A stretch of DNA of 64,000 bases, taken from the NCBI RefSeq assembly GCF_018350175.1, contig NC_058373.1:107820001-107884000 (forward strand). Direction: 5' to 3'. The position numbers and the translations under genes were made by a program. Positions 63,051-64,000 of this stretch are shown piece by piece. How positions within the stretch are numbered: the first letter of the stretch is position 1; each line of letters starts with the position of its first letter. The DNA comes from Felis catus (lineage: Eukaryota). The notes under the pieces were generated by a model. The model searched no databases. It was not told the origin of the DNA and saw nothing but the letters and a program-made list of their open reading frames with translations.

Positions 63051-64000
63051 GATTGTTCTATTGATTCCTTGAGATTGCTGAAGGAGCCTAGTCATGTAGC
63101 AAGAGAGGGAATGGGTTCCTGAGAGCCAATGGATGTTGGGTCAGGGATTCTGGCACTGGTGTCTATTGAACAGACTTTGTAGAGGAGTGTAAGATCTGCT
63201 GGCTTCTTGACAAAGGGAATCCTAGTCCTCCAAGGTTGGCAACAGGGAGACCTGCCACCTGGGAGATTTGGCTAGATCTTGGATCCCCAGATCTTATATC
63301 CCAGGGTTCAGCTTTCTCTGGGAATTCTCACTTTTCATGAGGACCCTCTGTCTACCATGGTAGCCTCAGAGGGTGGCTTGTCCACTTTAATGCACTTTCT
63401 GAAGCAGAGCTCAGGCCTTTCTGGACCATGTAAACCAGGCTTACTGGCAGAAACTGAAGTGTACATAGAATAATATGCATTAGATAGTCTCCCTCACAAG
63501 GGATGTTGAACACATTTTGTGTGTGCTGTCACAACTGGGCTTACTCCTAACCTACTTCACTCTGCCTCTGCAGAGCCTTGTGGACACCCCATTCTTGGGG
63601 CCTCAAGTCCAGACCCCAAAGAGTGAGGACAAGGGGGAAAGATTCTGTCTCCCACCTAACTATGGCCCCCCTGGAAGCCATTTTGCTGCCTGAAGATTCG
63701 ACTTTTCTCTCAGATGTTGGACTACCCTTTGGGGAAAACCCACCCCCTCTACCTTATTATGGTTCAACTAGGACAACTACTGTAACTTCCATGCAGGAGA
63801 TTTACATAGGATGTAGCAGGGGAGCCGGCTCCCTACAGAGTGTGACCTGATCTGACCTATATTTCATATGTGTAACTGGATGCATAACTGGGGAGCAACC
63901 TTATGCAGAGAGTCTAGTTGGGAAAGTATTACATAGTCCAGATGAGAGGAAGAAGGTGGCATGAACTATACCCGGTGAGCATGAGAGGCAGAGATCTAGT

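Noticed and set aside
1..64000. A novel multi-gene system, CRISPR array, or foreign (prokaryotic/viral) insert
   Set aside because: No long ORFs, no repeat-spacer array and no compositional break were seen. The window reads as mammalian intron plus known repeat classes.
20159..64000. PRKCH exon 3 (expected ATLQRDRIFKHFTRKRQR...)
   Set aside because: Not seen in the window; presumably further downstream.

Overview
Mammalian genomic DNA from a carnivore, most likely a felid, judging by the dense felid-type CanSINE and L1 content. The window appears to lie wholly inside the PRKCH (protein kinase C eta) gene on the + strand. The only coding sequence I can support is the 64-bp exon 2 (20095-20158, VDLEPEGKVFVVITLTGSFTE), flanked by AG and GT splice sites; I did not see exon 1 or exon 3. 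The rest is intron filled with about 26 CanSINEs, L1, L2 and MIR fragments, and DNA-transposon relics (MER5A, MER58A, MER20, Charlie1 and a Tigger-like MITE). I found no novel multi-gene system. The most interesting signals are non-canonical L1-mediated retrotransposition products: a full-length U6 snRNA fused to an L1 3' end inside one target-site duplication (TSD), a tailless 5' U2 snRNA fragment with a TSD, a tailless internal L1 ORF2-start fragment with an 8-bp TSD, and same-site repeated SINE insertions. There is also a CpG-rich candidate enhancer or alternative first exon about 1.7 kb upstream of exon 2. Repeat family names come from recalled consensus sequences and their boundaries are approximate.
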